A stretch of 64,000 nucleotides of DNA from Tubulanus polymorphus (GCF_964204645.1 NC_134027.1:19430560-19494559); one strand, 5' to 3'. Positions 51,401 to 63,799 are shown, counted from the first letter of the stretch. Program-made: numbers and translations. Notes: generated by a model not told the origin, from the letters alone.

Positions 51401-52962
51401 TTGAAAATTCTCAATAATTGATCGCGAACTTGCGACCGACTTCATTTACTTATGCCTCTAAGCTGGTCTGCAACTTCATTGCCTCCATGGTTGAAGAACG
51501 AGCTCTTCTGATGTCTGCTTCATCATGACTTCGAGCATATCGTGTGGCCTAGCCATCCGGCCCGGTCCCCGGGCCCGGGTGACGGGTTTGGCTGTCACTC
51601 GATATCCTAGAGTCTTGAGTCTGGGTGGGTTGAAGTAGACATTGTCATTTAAAATAACATGCGTATGTTGTTCTGTATGAATTACCCGTGTGTCATGTAT
51701 GTTGTATTAATTTATTTTAAAATTTGTATTTATTGAATTTGGGAATTTTATCCCGGAATTTCAATGTAATAAGGATCAATAAAGAATTGAATTGAATTGT
51801 CACCTAATACACATGCCATCAGAGGACGCGGAGCCGTATATGACAGCTATGCTATTATAAATTGCTAATCTCACGAAACCTGCATACTCCTAATATCAAA
51901 CATATTTTCTAAAACGTTTGAATATTGAAATTATGTGTTTACACATTTTCATTTTGACCGCTTGTAGCCGCTGATGAAATTCACGCCGGCCCTACACACA
52001 TCGTAGATAGCTTCGTCATTCCACCGGCATGCCCACGTCAGGATCTGACTTTTATATCAGACTTCGAAATCGTGTATACATCCGCAATTTAACCGAATAA
52101 TCCGATTTACTTATCATTTCTATTTATGCCTGCAGCTTCTGATATAATCATACATCCTTTACTATTACAATACGTCTTCTAATGATATTCAATGCAATAT
52201 AACATTTCGACGTTCAAATATAGGTCATTATATAATCACAGGAAGCCATTCTACATCTATGTCAATAATATTTTGCCAGATAGCTTGTTTGTGTACACAT
52301 AGACCTGTGACGTTTTGCACATCGATTTACGGCTGTCGTTTGTAAAATGACGCTGAATGGTTAACATTGTTTAGGTTTCATAATGGTAACGTTTTATAAG
52401 GCGTCAAAAAATGTTAACAGCCTAGATGTTGCAATTATTGACTGGTTTTTCATTCAAACTTGGTACACAAGTAGGGCATAACTTGGGGCAGAACCCTCTT
52501 TGAAATTTAGTCCGTGCAATTCAAATTATGGCCACTAGGGGAAGACAGCTAGAGGCTGCAACTGTTGACACACAATTGTTTTACCTTCGTACACCCATTG
52601 CCTAATATTATTTTTGAGAAATAATAGCAGCCACAATATTTCCAATGCTTTCACTTCTAACCCTGTTACTACACATGCGGTGCTGAATGTGGTGCAGGGC
52701 ATAGCCTTATTCTAGTTGTTGATTGCATTATTGATGTTTGTTGTATTTTTCTTTTGTTTCAGGTTTATGTCTGCTACAAGTGGCTTTCGCTCAAGAGAGT
52801 TCAATAAAACGTTGGAAGTATTGGGTTCTAGTGATAACTGCCGTTATATTCATTGTATTAGGAACATTTATACTTGGAGTTGTTAGTGTACAATCAATTA
52901 TGAATGATGTCAATAATGATGGAACATCAAAACCTTCCAAATCTCAGCTGCCGTGTACTTGA
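24346..52962 (+). CDS. SLC38A7: Sodium-coupled neutral amino acid transporter 7-like (SNAT7), whole spliced gene, 9 coding exons, 465 aa
   Basis: join(24346-24475,32726-32847,32964-33162,42391-42526,42763-42855,48590-48647,49720-49979,50493-50692,52763-52962) gives a 1398-nt open frame. Motifs IFLVVNAALGAGLL, FGTCITFFIVVGDQWD, PVICFGYQCH and LAALFIFLFPGLCL. It could be the pro-ortholog of vertebrate SLC38A7 and SLC38A8. Confidence 0.9.
24541..25020 (+). mobile_element. HINE family A, truncated copy
   Basis: Starts TTAGCCCACTTGGGACCAAAGTCCCAG and is similar to 33842-35118. Confidence 0.7.
26326..26612. repeat. Minisatellite with a unit of about 35 bp, about 8 copies
   Basis: Repeats of CCTCACTAGTTGGCACAAAATCTTCACTGCCCAA and variants. 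Confidence 0.8.
26800..27157 (-). mobile_element. L2-type LINE 3' fragment, the target of the Gypsy insertion
   Basis: The minus strand reads APELWNSLPTPIRLIDNISAFKSGLKSYLF, the typical L2 ORF2 C-terminus. Confidence 0.65.
27158..27679 (-). repeat. 3' LTR of the Gmr1-like element (522 bp)
   Basis: TGTCACGA...TCGTGACA termini; matches 32191-32465. Confidence 0.9.
32172..32189 (-). other. Primer-binding site complementary to a tRNA-Leu 3' end
   Basis: Minus strand TGGTGGCAGCGGTGGGAT lies immediately inside the 5' LTR. Confidence 0.85.
32191..32465 (-). repeat. 5' LTR of the Gmr1-like element, outer half deleted
   Basis: Similarity to the LTR starting at 27158 stops abruptly at CCACTGGCA. Confidence 0.85.
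32726..32847 (+). CDS. SLC38A7: SLC38A7 coding exon 2
   Basis: GTTWYASIFLVVNAALGAGLLALPAAFSAAGG with ag/gt boundaries. Confidence 0.92.
32964..33162 (+). CDS. SLC38A7: SLC38A7 coding exon 3
   Basis: VLAYCSD...TYQDVI...FGTCITFFIVVGDQWDR. Confidence 0.92.
33842..35118 (+). mobile_element. HINE family A, complete copy
   Basis: Subterminal IR GCCCACTTGGG/CCCAAGTGGGC, 5' hairpin, (GTCC)n microsatellite, about four 155-bp tandem repeats, a 3' hairpin and a CTAG end in a T-rich site. Confidence 0.8.
35340..36415 (+). repeat. Composite dispersed repeat, copy 2
   Basis: Degenerate CR1 RT (DFxKAFDK-like at about 35595, SGVMQGSIL at about 35765) joined to the TTCGAA-rich tract. Confidence 0.7.
36798..37707. 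mobile_element. Non-autonomous hAT-like element with a 9-bp TSD
   Basis: Long imperfect TIRs CGGTGTTGT...ACAACACTG and TSD CCGAATCAC. The empty site is visible in the paralogous segment at about 39540-39570. Confidence 0.8.
38430..39395 (+). repeat. Composite dispersed repeat, copy 3, part of a local tandem duplication covering about 35340-40350
   Basis: MDFQKAFDK-like sequence at about 38673 plus the same TTCGAA tract. 37710-38400 is similar to 39545-40220. Confidence 0.7.
41538..42293 (+). repeat. Dispersed repeat of about 760 bp containing a LINE-like 3' end, copy 1
   Basis: High similarity to 51257-52039. Confidence 0.8.
42391..42526 (+). CDS. SLC38A7: SLC38A7 coding exon 4
   Basis: WYFNRVFTMIATSIFLILPLCYAKRIDFLKYAS. 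Confidence 0.9.
42763..42855 (+). CDS. SLC38A7: SLC38A7 coding exon 5
   Basis: FLGVIGIIYIVILVIVKYF...PGTIKEK, phase 2 at both ends. Confidence 0.9.
43429..46328. mobile_element. Non-autonomous EnSpm/CACTA-like element
   Basis: Termini CCCTTACAAAAAA...TTTTTTGTAAGGG, 2-bp TSD TT, dense subterminal ATCACACATGTG repeats at both ends. Confidence 0.8.
44635..45790 (+). mobile_element. HINE family A, 5'-truncated, nested in the EnSpm-like element
   Basis: Highly similar to 33960-35118. Confidence 0.8.
47129..48150. mobile_element. Non-autonomous hAT-like (hAT5-type) element
   Basis: TIR CAGGGGCGTAG...CTACGCCCCTG and 5-bp TSD CCTTT. Confidence 0.85.
48590..48647 (+). CDS. SLC38A7: SLC38A7 coding exon 6
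   Basis: PDNFADIFIVVPVICFGYQ. Confidence 0.9.
48906..49449. mobile_element. Tc1/mariner (pogo/Tigger-like) MITE
   Basis: TA-CAGTAAACCTTGCGCAAGTC ... GACTTATGCATGGTTTACTG-TA. Confidence 0.8.
49720..49979 (+). CDS. SLC38A7: SLC38A7 coding exon 7
   Basis: CHVSAVPIYSCL...FGYLTFGDNVDSDILVSY...TTFPILAFCGR. Confidence 0.92.
50493..50692 (+). CDS. SLC38A7: SLC38A7 coding exon 8
   Basis: EKRRRIVQTTIWF...FIPNIGVVISLLGSLAALFIFLFPG. Confidence 0.92.
50848..52716 (+). mobile_element. HINE-like element (family C) interrupted by the 760-bp repeat
   Basis: 5' hairpin TCAACTAAAGTTGA, GCT/GCC microsatellite, repeated CAAACTTGGTACACAAGTAGGGCA...TATGGCCACTAGGGG units and a CTAG-TT end. Confidence 0.55.
51257..52039 (+). 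repeat. Dispersed repeat of about 760 bp containing a LINE-like 3' end, copy 2
   Basis: Similar to 41538-42293, with an internal AATAAAGAATTGAATTGAATTG tail. Confidence 0.8.
52763..52962 (+). CDS. SLC38A7: SLC38A7 coding exon 9 (last)
   Basis: GLCLLQ...FIVLGTFILG...QLPCT followed by TGA. Confidence 0.9.
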
Positions 52963-53787
52963 TAGAGGCCAGTATCTGTTTTAGAAGATAATTTTTGAAA
53001 TTTATGATGCAAAGACCCATTTCATGAGCATTGTTAGGTAATTGTACCTACTTGGTACCACATATTTTTGAAATTTGGCAATTAGGCACTTATAAAGACA
53101 TTTTATCATTTCAGAATATACATGGGACGGTGGGCTGATTACTTAATTATGTATTTTTGTGAATAAGTCATCTTAGCCTTGGTCGCACTAAAGTCCAACA
53201 AAGGCTGATGGTTCACTGGCCACATGGCATCATATTCCTGTCTAGAAAAACTGCATCTGGATTTTTGTATAGGCAGCGGTCCCGACCCCCTTCAGAAATT
53301 TGATCCATTATCACCATTCAACAAATATTCTATCGTCGAAACATCACCTGTGTTAAGGCCACACTACATATATTTTAGATCGATATGAACCTACAAATGT
53401 TTATTTCCAAATACCATGCATTACTCATTTTATCACCCAACTTACAAAAAGTTATTAAAATCTTAGCCTCGAAAGTACATTGGTAAAAGAGCAAGTTTTG
53501 GAAATTATTCAAAAATTATGCAAATTAGTAAATATGTATTTTTTGAGTTTTACAAAAATGATCTCACCTCTTACAGTTTTAATCTCATTTGAGAAAGCTT
53601 CTATTCAAGTCAGATGATTACTTGAGTATCTTTTGTTAGATGTAAACAATTATATTTGTGTATAAAAAATCAGTAAATTACTACTGCTAGAAAAGAATTG
53701 TAAGGCGATTTTCGCTGGTCATCTCAGACTAACGGAATATGGGCTTTCTACTTTTGTGCAATTTCGTGTTTAGAAAAATATTCTTTT

Positions 53788-54760
53788 AAACCCACTTGGG
53801 ACTAAATTTGCTGTTGGTTATTGTGTTCACTTTTGTCTGTCATCGGTCACTTTGTAGGCCTACCGATGTTGGTCAAAATTTTAGTTTTGAGAAGTTCTCA
53901 ACACACTTTGATGTATGGTCTTGATATTTGGTTTATGTGTGTACCTATCCTTGATGCACCTGTGGCCCTAAAGTGGCCCGATCAGAATCAAGATGGCCAG
54001 TTGTCCCGCAAATCCACACTTGCACATTTTTGATGTTTCAGTGGGAAATGTTGAAGATTCTTTTATTTTGGGGTGTCTTTGGGTTTTCCGTATGAATTTC
54101 TATTTGATCATGCAATTATAGTTAATATGTTGTTTTGTTATCTTCTGACTGCCTGCATGATCTTAATCACACACGTTTGTTTTACAGTACATTCAACCCC
54201 CAATACACGATCACATCGGTGCAGAACAATTTTGGCAGTATAGAGAGTATGGCGCTATATCGGGGGTGTTTTACCATGTATTTTTATAAAGATGTACATT
54301 GAGAAAACCTGGCGGTAGGCGGGGATGGCGGTATGTGGGAGGGCAGTATATCAGCGGGTGACTGTATTAGCAAATAATAATGCCCTTAGGGCCACAATAA
54401 CAATTGGTTTGGTCCGAAACTAGATGCCTGTTTTATGAATTTTCTTGCTCTTAAAGAGGTCATTATATGTCTGAATTCTGTGGCTTCTTGCTTCTTTATT
54501 GTCTTCATGCAACATAGAAATTTTTGATTGGAATACTATGGAGAGAGACCTTTAATATATCAGATTTCAGGTGTTTGGATCAGTCCATTGTTATGCAGTC
54601 AGGAAACATGGATTGGGATTACATATTGTTATGTTCTCACCACCACGGACTTGGTATTTGTATATGTTCACCAGGGGACGTTGAGAAATGGCGAGTTTGA
54701 CCGATTGTTGAGCATTTCAAACCACTTCCTAAGTGAGCATGGTGTCTCTGGACCACTAGT
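53788..54760 (+). mobile_element. Old degraded HINE family A copy with internal insertions
   Basis: CCCACTTGGGACT start and CCACTTCCTAAGTGAGCATGGTGTCTCTGGACCACTAG end. Confidence 0.6.
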
Positions 54761-55818
54761 TTTCATTTATGAATTCCTGTCTAATGAATTTTAACAAATG
54801 ACTTCTACTTCACTTTTATTTGATAACACGATTATAGTCAATTTTATATGATATTTTTTTCTGATGACCACTTGGCATATTTTAATCACACTTGTATGTT
54901 CTATTAGCAAATTATAATTTTACATTGATTTTATATCTTAATCTAACCGGTAATGTTTTGTATGTCAATGAATAAAATGTACGCAATGTAACGTTCATCT
55001 TATACTTTTACTTTCACCCCGTGTTCACTCACCAAATATACTGGATCGCTTGGCAGCGAGTGGTGCAGGATACACCACTGTTCTCCACCAGTGTTGTGGT
55101 GATGGATTCTACTCCACCAATGTTGTGTGTATGGTTTCTCCTCCACCTATGTTATGGTTCGTATATCTTCCAGTGCTGAATCCGGATTGGGTTGTCCAAC
55201 TAGCGTCGTGGTAATAATTCTTCTTGATGATGTTGCGAGGACACTCTCTTAGATCAGATCTCCGTCCTTGGTCTTGACTTCTACACGGCTCCAGAAATAA
55301 CTTAACAATTGCTTAAGTTATCTTTCGTTTATTCTTCTTACTAGATGTATACAGATCATTCCCCGGAGCTCTACTATCGTGCTTACAAAACCTCCCTATT
55401 TATATTACTTTCTCTTTTGTAACGTGTGCAAGTCCTCTTCCACACATGGCTTGGAATTCATGGATTGTGACGTATTCATACGTCACAACATTCCTCCCAT
55501 CCATATATGGGCGATGACGTGTCTGCACACGTCACAATTTTCTAAAAATATACTTTTGCACTCAACGGAGTCCATGGCCGCACCATATTTGGTTTACCTA
55601 CGTAGACACATACGTCACTTCCACACTTGTGTATTTATATAATTTCTATTTATGTTCATGTATGTGCATATCCACGCAGGTTGTCTGATAATGCAATACT
55701 GGCCATGAAAACACCAGCTTCCATGCACTACTTGTTGATATTGTTTAACCGCTGATAACTGAACCCTACTACTATGTTCCCGAAAGCTTTATTGGTATAA
55801 TTCATGAAAGCCCAATAA

Positions 55819-55927
<109 letters not shown>

Positions 55928-56184
55928 TAAACGTCTTCATAATAGTACGCTTTATATATAACATATCGTCGGAGAATTTCAATATGATAAATGTTATTTT
56001 GGTAATCACCTTGTGCTAGAGAGTGCGCATGCGCAGGAGTGGTCTAGTCGTACGAGAACCAGGACGTTTAAACTACAAATAACTGACATTGAACCAACAT
56101 AATTTCTTCCCGATTTAGTCGCTCAACTCGTGAAGATTCATATTTTCGGAGGATATTGAGTGGATCGCGCGCGATCACTACGAT

Positions 56185-58537
56185 TTTCGTACACGAACCA
56201 ACTAGGTACAGGTCTAATCAACAGCCGAGTCTTTCAGACCTAATTCTATCAAACCGTGAAGACGCCATTGATCAAGTAACTTATGACCACCCCATAGGAA
56301 AAAGCGATCACATAGTTATCACCTTCAAGTACAGCGCTAAATATAGAGAACCCCCAGTGTCATCCACGGTGATACATAAATACGACCGCGGCGACTATGA
56401 GGCAGAGCATTGATACGGGAGAACTGTCAAACAAAATCGAGGCGACAGACAATGTTGAAATTGGATTCAAAAACCATTATGGATGGAACCAACAACAATG
56501 AAAGCCATCAAAGACAAACAAAAAGCCTGGCGGAAATTCCTGAAAACTAAAACTAATCAAGATAACGAAATATACCATACCTTGAGAAAAAAAGCTAGAA
56601 TTGAAATTAGGAGAGCTACTAAAAGATATGAAAATAAACTGGCATGCCAGGCAAAGACAAATCCCAAAGCCTTCTGGGCATACACAATGTCAAAGACTAA
56701 AACAAAATCAAAAGTTGCAGCCATTCTTCATGACGAGGGCATCGCTACGGAAAACACCGCAAAAGCTGAGATTTTAAATAGATATTTCAGCAGTGTGTTC
56801 GTTACAGAGGATGTTCACAACATCCCCCACCCTACGCCGCTGACAGTAGGTAGCACATTAGACCATGTGGATCAACATGTCACAACTGCATCAGTTTTAG
56901 AGAAACTGAAAAACCTCAAAGTGAGCAAGAGCCCAGGCCCAGACGACCTCCACCCCAGACTGTTGAAAGAAATAGCCGACAAGATAGCGAGGCCCTCGAT
57001 GGGATCTAGGCCATCGATGTCGATGGGGATAGTTAAGCCGATCCATAAAAAGGGCGATAAATCCAGAGCATCCAACTACAGACCAGTTAGTCTCACATGC
57101 ATATGTTGCAAAATATTAGAAACACTTATTAGGGACGAAATTATGAACCACCTGGCAACCGAAAACATCGTCTCTTCAAATCAGCATGGCTTCCTCCCTA
57201 AGAGAAATTGCACATCAAACCTATTAATATGTCACAACAACTGGACTAAATTTTTAGACGACGGAGAGTCCGTTGACATAATATATCTCGATTTTCAAAA
57301 AGCCTTTGACTCGATACCACATAAACGCCGAAGGCACGAAACTTCGGAATAACTGGTCGCCTGTTAAACTGGCTCGAAGCATTCCTGGTTGGCAGAACAC
57401 AAAGAGTTGTGATCGAAAACGAGTCTTCCGCACCAACCAGAGTCAAGAGTGGCATCCCTCAGGGATCAGTATTAGGCCCGACCCTCTTCCTCATTTTTGT
57501 AAATGACCTCATGGAGAACGTAAGCAGCCATATCGAGATGATCGCCGACGACAGTAAGCTTTACCGCCGAATAAAAACTCCGACTGTGAGACACTACAGA
57601 GTGACTTAAATAAACTCGAATCTTGGTCTCGAATCTGGCAACTATCGTTTAATCCTGGCAAAATGTAAATGTCTGAGAATCGGAAAACGCCACCCACCGT
57701 ATGAATATAAAATGACAGACGAAACAGGACAGTACGTGACACTTGAATCGAGTAGTGAAGAACGTAACTTAGGTGTCCTCATCCAAAACGACCTTAAACC
57801 CCAATCCCATATAAACAACATAACCAACATAACAACAGGGTACTCTATACGATAAGACATTCCTTCAATCATTTAGATAGATCACTATTCCTGAAACTCT
57901 ACAAAGCCTTAGTTCGCCCTATTTTGGAATACTCCGTTGCAGTTTGGAACCCGTCGTTACGTAAAGACATCTTGAAACTTGAATCGGTTCAACGTCGGGC
58001 AACTAAGCTTCTCAAGAATATACGTTCACTTCCTTACAGGCAAAGACTCGAATATCTTAAACTCCCTAGTTTGAGCCACAGGAGAAAGCGGGACGACATG
58101 ATCGAAGCGTACAAGATATTCTACAATCTTTACTCAAATGCAGAGGAACTCGTACCGCCGCTGGAAACAAACACTCGCACCCGTGGTCATAGACTAATGA
58201 TTCGAAAATTGAGATGTAAGACCAGCCTACGAAGGCACTACTTCGCGTTCAGAATCGTAAATCAATGGAATAGTCTACCCGCCGATGTAATCGAGGCACC
58301 TTCACTAAACTCTCTCAAAGCCCGCCTCGATAAATACTGGGAAGCGACCGGAGCAGACGTACACGACTTTTAGCGACCTCTCGCGCACTTTCAACGAAAC
58401 AAAAGACGAAATTTTTATCATGGGTCAAAAGACAAATTATCGTATTTATCAAATTAACCGAATTACATCAACTTCAATTAGTGACGAAAGACCATCGCTG
58501 GTCACACGTCTAAACTACTGCTTACTGATTACTGATT
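56185..58537 (+). mobile_element. 5'-truncated CR1 LINE (end of endonuclease, RT, C-terminus), frameshifted
   Basis: PIGKSDH, NPKAFW, KSPGPDDLHPRLLKE, NYRPVSLTCICCKILE, YLDFQKAFD, SGIPQGSVLGP, IADD, LESVQRRATK, TRGH and WNSLP, ending in an (ACTGATT)2 tail. Confidence 0.9.
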
Positions 58538-59036
58538 AGATTCAAATATGGCGCGCCCCGCGCTTCATTGGTGATCACGTGACAGTGTGAATATATCTTG
58601 TTGTTGCTAGGCAACATTATTTCTAAAGCGTGACGTAGATGAGAAAAAAATTGGGACAAGCGAAATAAAGATTTCCATCACGATTTATTCCATGTTTTTT
58701 TTAAATGTTCATTTCATCCTTTCTGAGTAGTTATTTACCACAAAATAATCTATTTAAAACAAACATTTGGAGAATTTATAACAGTTTACTTACATTTTTT
58801 AATGAATTATTTTTTTCAACACCAGTCCGGGACAAGGTGAAATGCTAGGTGAAATTATAAACAAAAGCTAGTACAGATTTTTTTCTGAGTATAAGGAGTC
58901 GAATATCTTTTTAAATGAGTAATTTGTGAGAGATGACTGATACATGGAATAGAGTTATAGGCTGGGGGTAATAATACCAAGTTTGGAGCGCATTTGGACA
59001 GACTCTTGTTTGGATACCTGCGCTATATAAATGTCA

Positions 59037-59542
<506 letters not shown>

Positions 59543-60472
59543 TCACCTCCCCGGGTCGAAGCGTGTTTGGAAAAGTGTCCTTACAGTGCGTCGAAATCTA
59601 GAATATGTACATTTCAAAAACATTTCCAATTTCCGATCGCGGGTCGAATGACTTATTGACTTTGATGTTAACTACCTCGCGCTTGGTTAACTTACCGTCT
59701 TCCTTAAAGTGACGTTTTATTTCAAAACTGTAACGGTCCGATTGTTGCAGCCTAGAAAAATGAAATAAACACAAACAGAAAATGTCACCTTTCTAACGAT
59801 ATATCATTTAGATAGTTGTGGCAAAAGGGGAATGAATGACAATAAGTCGCGCTAGAGGTTTTAGTGCAAAAAAAGTTAAAATCTTTCCAACAATGCGGGA
59901 TCCGCGGGACCGCCTCAAAATGGCGCCTGGTGACTGGCTACTTCCCTATACCCACTTTGGAATTGGATTTCTTCGAAAGTTTGTTCGCTTTTTTCCGCAG
60001 GTCTGAGCAACATGATGCAGGTCTTGTAAATGTCCTATTTTAATCGGAATATTGCCTATTTGTGTCGGGATCTATCACACTAACTGTATAAGCCAGAGAA
60101 CTAGTATAAATAATTATTTGTCGTACCAAGCTGTCTGCTGTGGTCCGGACTATGCCCACGTCGTTTTCATTGTCATGGCGTGCAGATAGCTTTTCCAATT
60201 TGAATACGGATACACGACGAAATCCGCCTTATCTGTACCATTCTGTAATAGGTATTTTATAATAAGTAATGTATTATGCATTTTGCATATTATAAGTATT
60301 ATAAGTAATATGCATATTATGCATTATTTGCAATTTGGTTCTTCGAGATAAGTTGCAAGTGTATTTGTTAATGTAATAACGGATCACGTAGGAAATACGG
60401 TAATATAGTGCCTCATTTCGAAAGCTTAAGATAAAATGAATGAGTGATTCGGTTCATAGTTCTGTATTTGAA

Positions 60473-61048
60473 TTTTAACATCGGTAATCCCGACATTCCG
60501 ACACTCCCGGGTACCGGCCATCCGACAATCCCGACATTCCGGCAATGCGACAATCCCGACATAACGGGAATCCGACGTACCCGACAATGCCGACCTACCG
60601 GTAATCCGATCCCAGCACGTCTCTACAAGGCATTATAAGGAAATGAACGCCACACGATCCCAGCACCTCTTTACAGGGGATTATTAGGAACCGAACGCCA
60701 CACGATCCCGGCACCTCTCTACCGGGGATTATTAGGAACCGAACGCCCCATGATCCCAGCACCTCTTTAAAGGGAAAAATTAGGAGCCGAACGCCCCAGC
60801 CTTTCAAATAAATATTTTCAAAGCAACTGTCCTGGTATGATCATGACTGGAATGTATGTATGTAGGTTTGCAGGATTGCCGGTATGTCGGGAGTGCCACT
60901 GTGTCGGAAAGTCGCGAGTGTAGGTATGCCGGATTGCCGGTATGTCGGGATTGCCGGTATGTCAGATTGTCGGGAGTGCCGGTATGTCGGGAGTGCCGGT
61001 ATGTCGGATTGCCGGTATGTCGGGAGTGCCGGTATGTCGGGGTTAAAA
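60473..61048. repeat. Foldback-like repeat: CCGACA/TGTCGG-rich inverted arms around four tandem units of about 48 bp
   Basis: TTTTAAC...CCCGACA arm against TGCCGGTATGTCGGG...GTTAAAA arm, with internal GATCCCAGCACCTCT...GGAACCGAACGCC units. No TSD seen. Confidence 0.65.
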
Positions 61049-62399
61049 CAGCACATCAAATGAGAATTATCCTAAAGGCTACCTTTCAGCCAATTCCTTC
61101 CTTTTCGTTCGTCTCAATCCGCTGTCGATCGGAAATTTCATTCCTTGGGAATGGACTTCATTTCGCGTATCATTGGGCATTTCATTCCGCGTATCATCGG
61201 GCATTTCACGTGGCGAAATATGAATTCTTACCGGGATTGATGTATCATCAACACGACTATGACTATCTTATCCTAATTAGAAATATTCATGTGTTACGTA
61301 CGTTTCATATATGGGGTTTTTGAAAGTGACAACAACAATGAATGAGTTTTATCGTACCCGAGTTAATGCTGCCTATAACAACCTATTTCTACCGCATGAA
61401 TCAATGGATGACACTTGCTCTGATTCTTTCTCGAACAAACGCTTCGTATCCCGAATGATTGTTGCGTTCCACAGTGTATGACAGTACGAACCCGTGTTTT
61501 GTACCACCCATCACGAGGAAATAATTTATTTTTCTTACTACGGATACCATTAGAAAAAGTTCCTAAAACCACGATGCCTTCTATATGGCGTGTCAAGCTC
61601 AGAATATTCTGCAGATGGCGTGAGAGGACCCGATCTGTTTTCTGTGAAAATGAATTAAGAATTGTCATCAATTGTCTTGAATTTTCAAAGGTTGATAATT
61701 CTACTTGGTTTGTTGTTAATAATCAGAATAATCTTAGAAAAAAGAATAATTTCAATTCAGACATTAGATGAATAATTGTCACTCATTATCTTAAATTTCA
61801 TTAGGAATCTAGAATAGATAAGATTTAATTCTTTAACTATATTCAATCACAATCTCATAAACATTTAATTTACATGATATATTTACACGATACGCGGGCA
61901 GAGTCATTAACATATTATAAAGTTTACACTTGATTATGATTGTTTACTTTTTTAACAAGATTAACCCTTAAAAGATGGCGATCCGATTTGGTTAAATTTT
62001 GATACATAATTCACATATGACGTTAACAGTTAGTCCCAATACTCAACGGTTATTCATATTTTTACAGGCATAAATGGGACATTCTACTTGTGCTCTCTAT
62101 ATTTTCCGATTCGAAGAACTTCTGTATTATACAGCATATTTCAATCTTTGAAATAGTTATTCAGTACTTATTATCAGTTACTTCAATAAATGACCAATTC
62201 AAGCTACCTGCATGCCAGTAATAGGACATATTACATGAAATTCCATTGGCTCAATTAGCCCAAAAGACCCCACCGCGTATCTTTAGCGACTGTGATGCAG
62301 GAATCTCAACTTAATCAAAGGAAATTTTTGAACAGAAAAGAAAAAAACTAATTTTTATTTTCCCAGCTGATTACAACAAAAATATTCTATTTAAGAAGC

Positions 62400-63450
62400 A
62401 TTGAAGGTATACTTCAAATTTCTTTGATTTAACCGGTTTATAATATATGAGGGATGAGTATTTTGCTTTTTCCATGCTGTCTGTGAGAAGACAGATTTTT
62501 TCCAATACTGATCTACAGGCCGAAATGTGACAAAAGAATCACCATTTGGAAGACTGCCTTCATTCTCAACAAACCAGTTCCTCTCTATTTCTTCTTTCTA
62601 GTATTCCTTCCATTTACCTAACACATCATCACAGAACTGAGACACAGTCGACAAGTGTGGAACAATCATATGAGTTGTTTTAGTTCCTCTTTTAACAACA
62701 GATGGAGGCATACGGCATCCCGAAGCAGGGTATTTTCCAAGGTTAGTTTCTTCAGCTGGACAGTTGCTCGGAAGAATGACTTGTTACCTCTACTGAACAG
62801 CTTGTATGAAGATTCCTGCAAAGTCAATTGCTCGCCCGGTATTCTGATAGTCTTCCCTTCTAGATGGATACTTTTTGAACAAGTAGAATACATAATTCAG
62901 GAAGTCATCGACTTTCCATTCCTTCACAGAAAATCCTGCCTTGAAGGAATTGTGGGCAGCATGTAGATTGCAAGAACCGGTATTTATCAGGTTACTACCA
63001 CCTTTCTCAACACACAGTTCATCCATCTTTCCCTGGACAGCTTTGTTCACATTCGGCTCATCTGAACTCAGACTGATCAGTTTCTCTAAAGACAAATTAG
63101 ATTTGCCTAGATAATCTACCAAAGCATCAAGAATAATATCTGAGCAGCATGACCCATAAAACTGTCCCTAAATATCTACTACCAATACAACCTCTGTCAA
63201 CATCCCAAAATCTAACATATAAATCCACCTGTTTTATATTTTGAGAAGTCGATTCATCGTACAGTAACGTGCAAAATGGTGCCTTGCCAACATTTGCTTG
63301 CAAGTTATTGATACAATATGGTGCAAGCCCAAATGTGATGGAATAAGCAGCTTCCGAGACTCATATATTAATAATCTTATCATCGGGAAATATATACAAT
63401 AAATACTGCAAAGAACATCACTGGTAGAAAAGGATTGGTTTTATTTGACC
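62400..63450 (-). pseudogene. hAT-superfamily transposase relic
   Basis: FCTLLYDESTSQNIKQVDLYVRFWD (first catalytic D), LSSDEPNVN (second D), the CxxH motif GSCNLHAAHN and FKKYPSRREDY, with many stops and frameshifts. Confidence 0.75.
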
Positions 63451-63799
63451 ATACGTAAAAGGCCGATTAGTACATCGTGACAGAATCCAAAGTTTTTTTT
63501 GAGTCGGGAGTCCCACCTTTTTCAAAATGCGAAACTGGCCTGTCCCCTCATAGAATCCATCTTTTTTGCGTTGCTATCCCATTGCATGCTATCGTAAGGC
63601 ACACACTCCTTGTGTACTAATGTTGATTTGTGCCTTGCACATCTTTTTTTTTATCTAACAATAGGGATTGTCCCTGTTATTTATTTGGCTGGTTAATTAG
63701 GGTTTTCTGTTTCTTCACAGAAAACCTTATTGATAGTCGCATGATTATTATTATTATTATCATTATTTTTTTACACACCTTTTTGTCAAAAGGCCAACT

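Noticed and set aside
53352-53790. Kolobok-like element starting TTAAGGCCACA
   Set aside because: No matching opposite terminus with a TTAA TSD was found.
55020-55620. Possible decayed minus-strand gene or Myb-like transposon protein
   Set aside because: Multiple stops in the frames examined and no convincing motif match.
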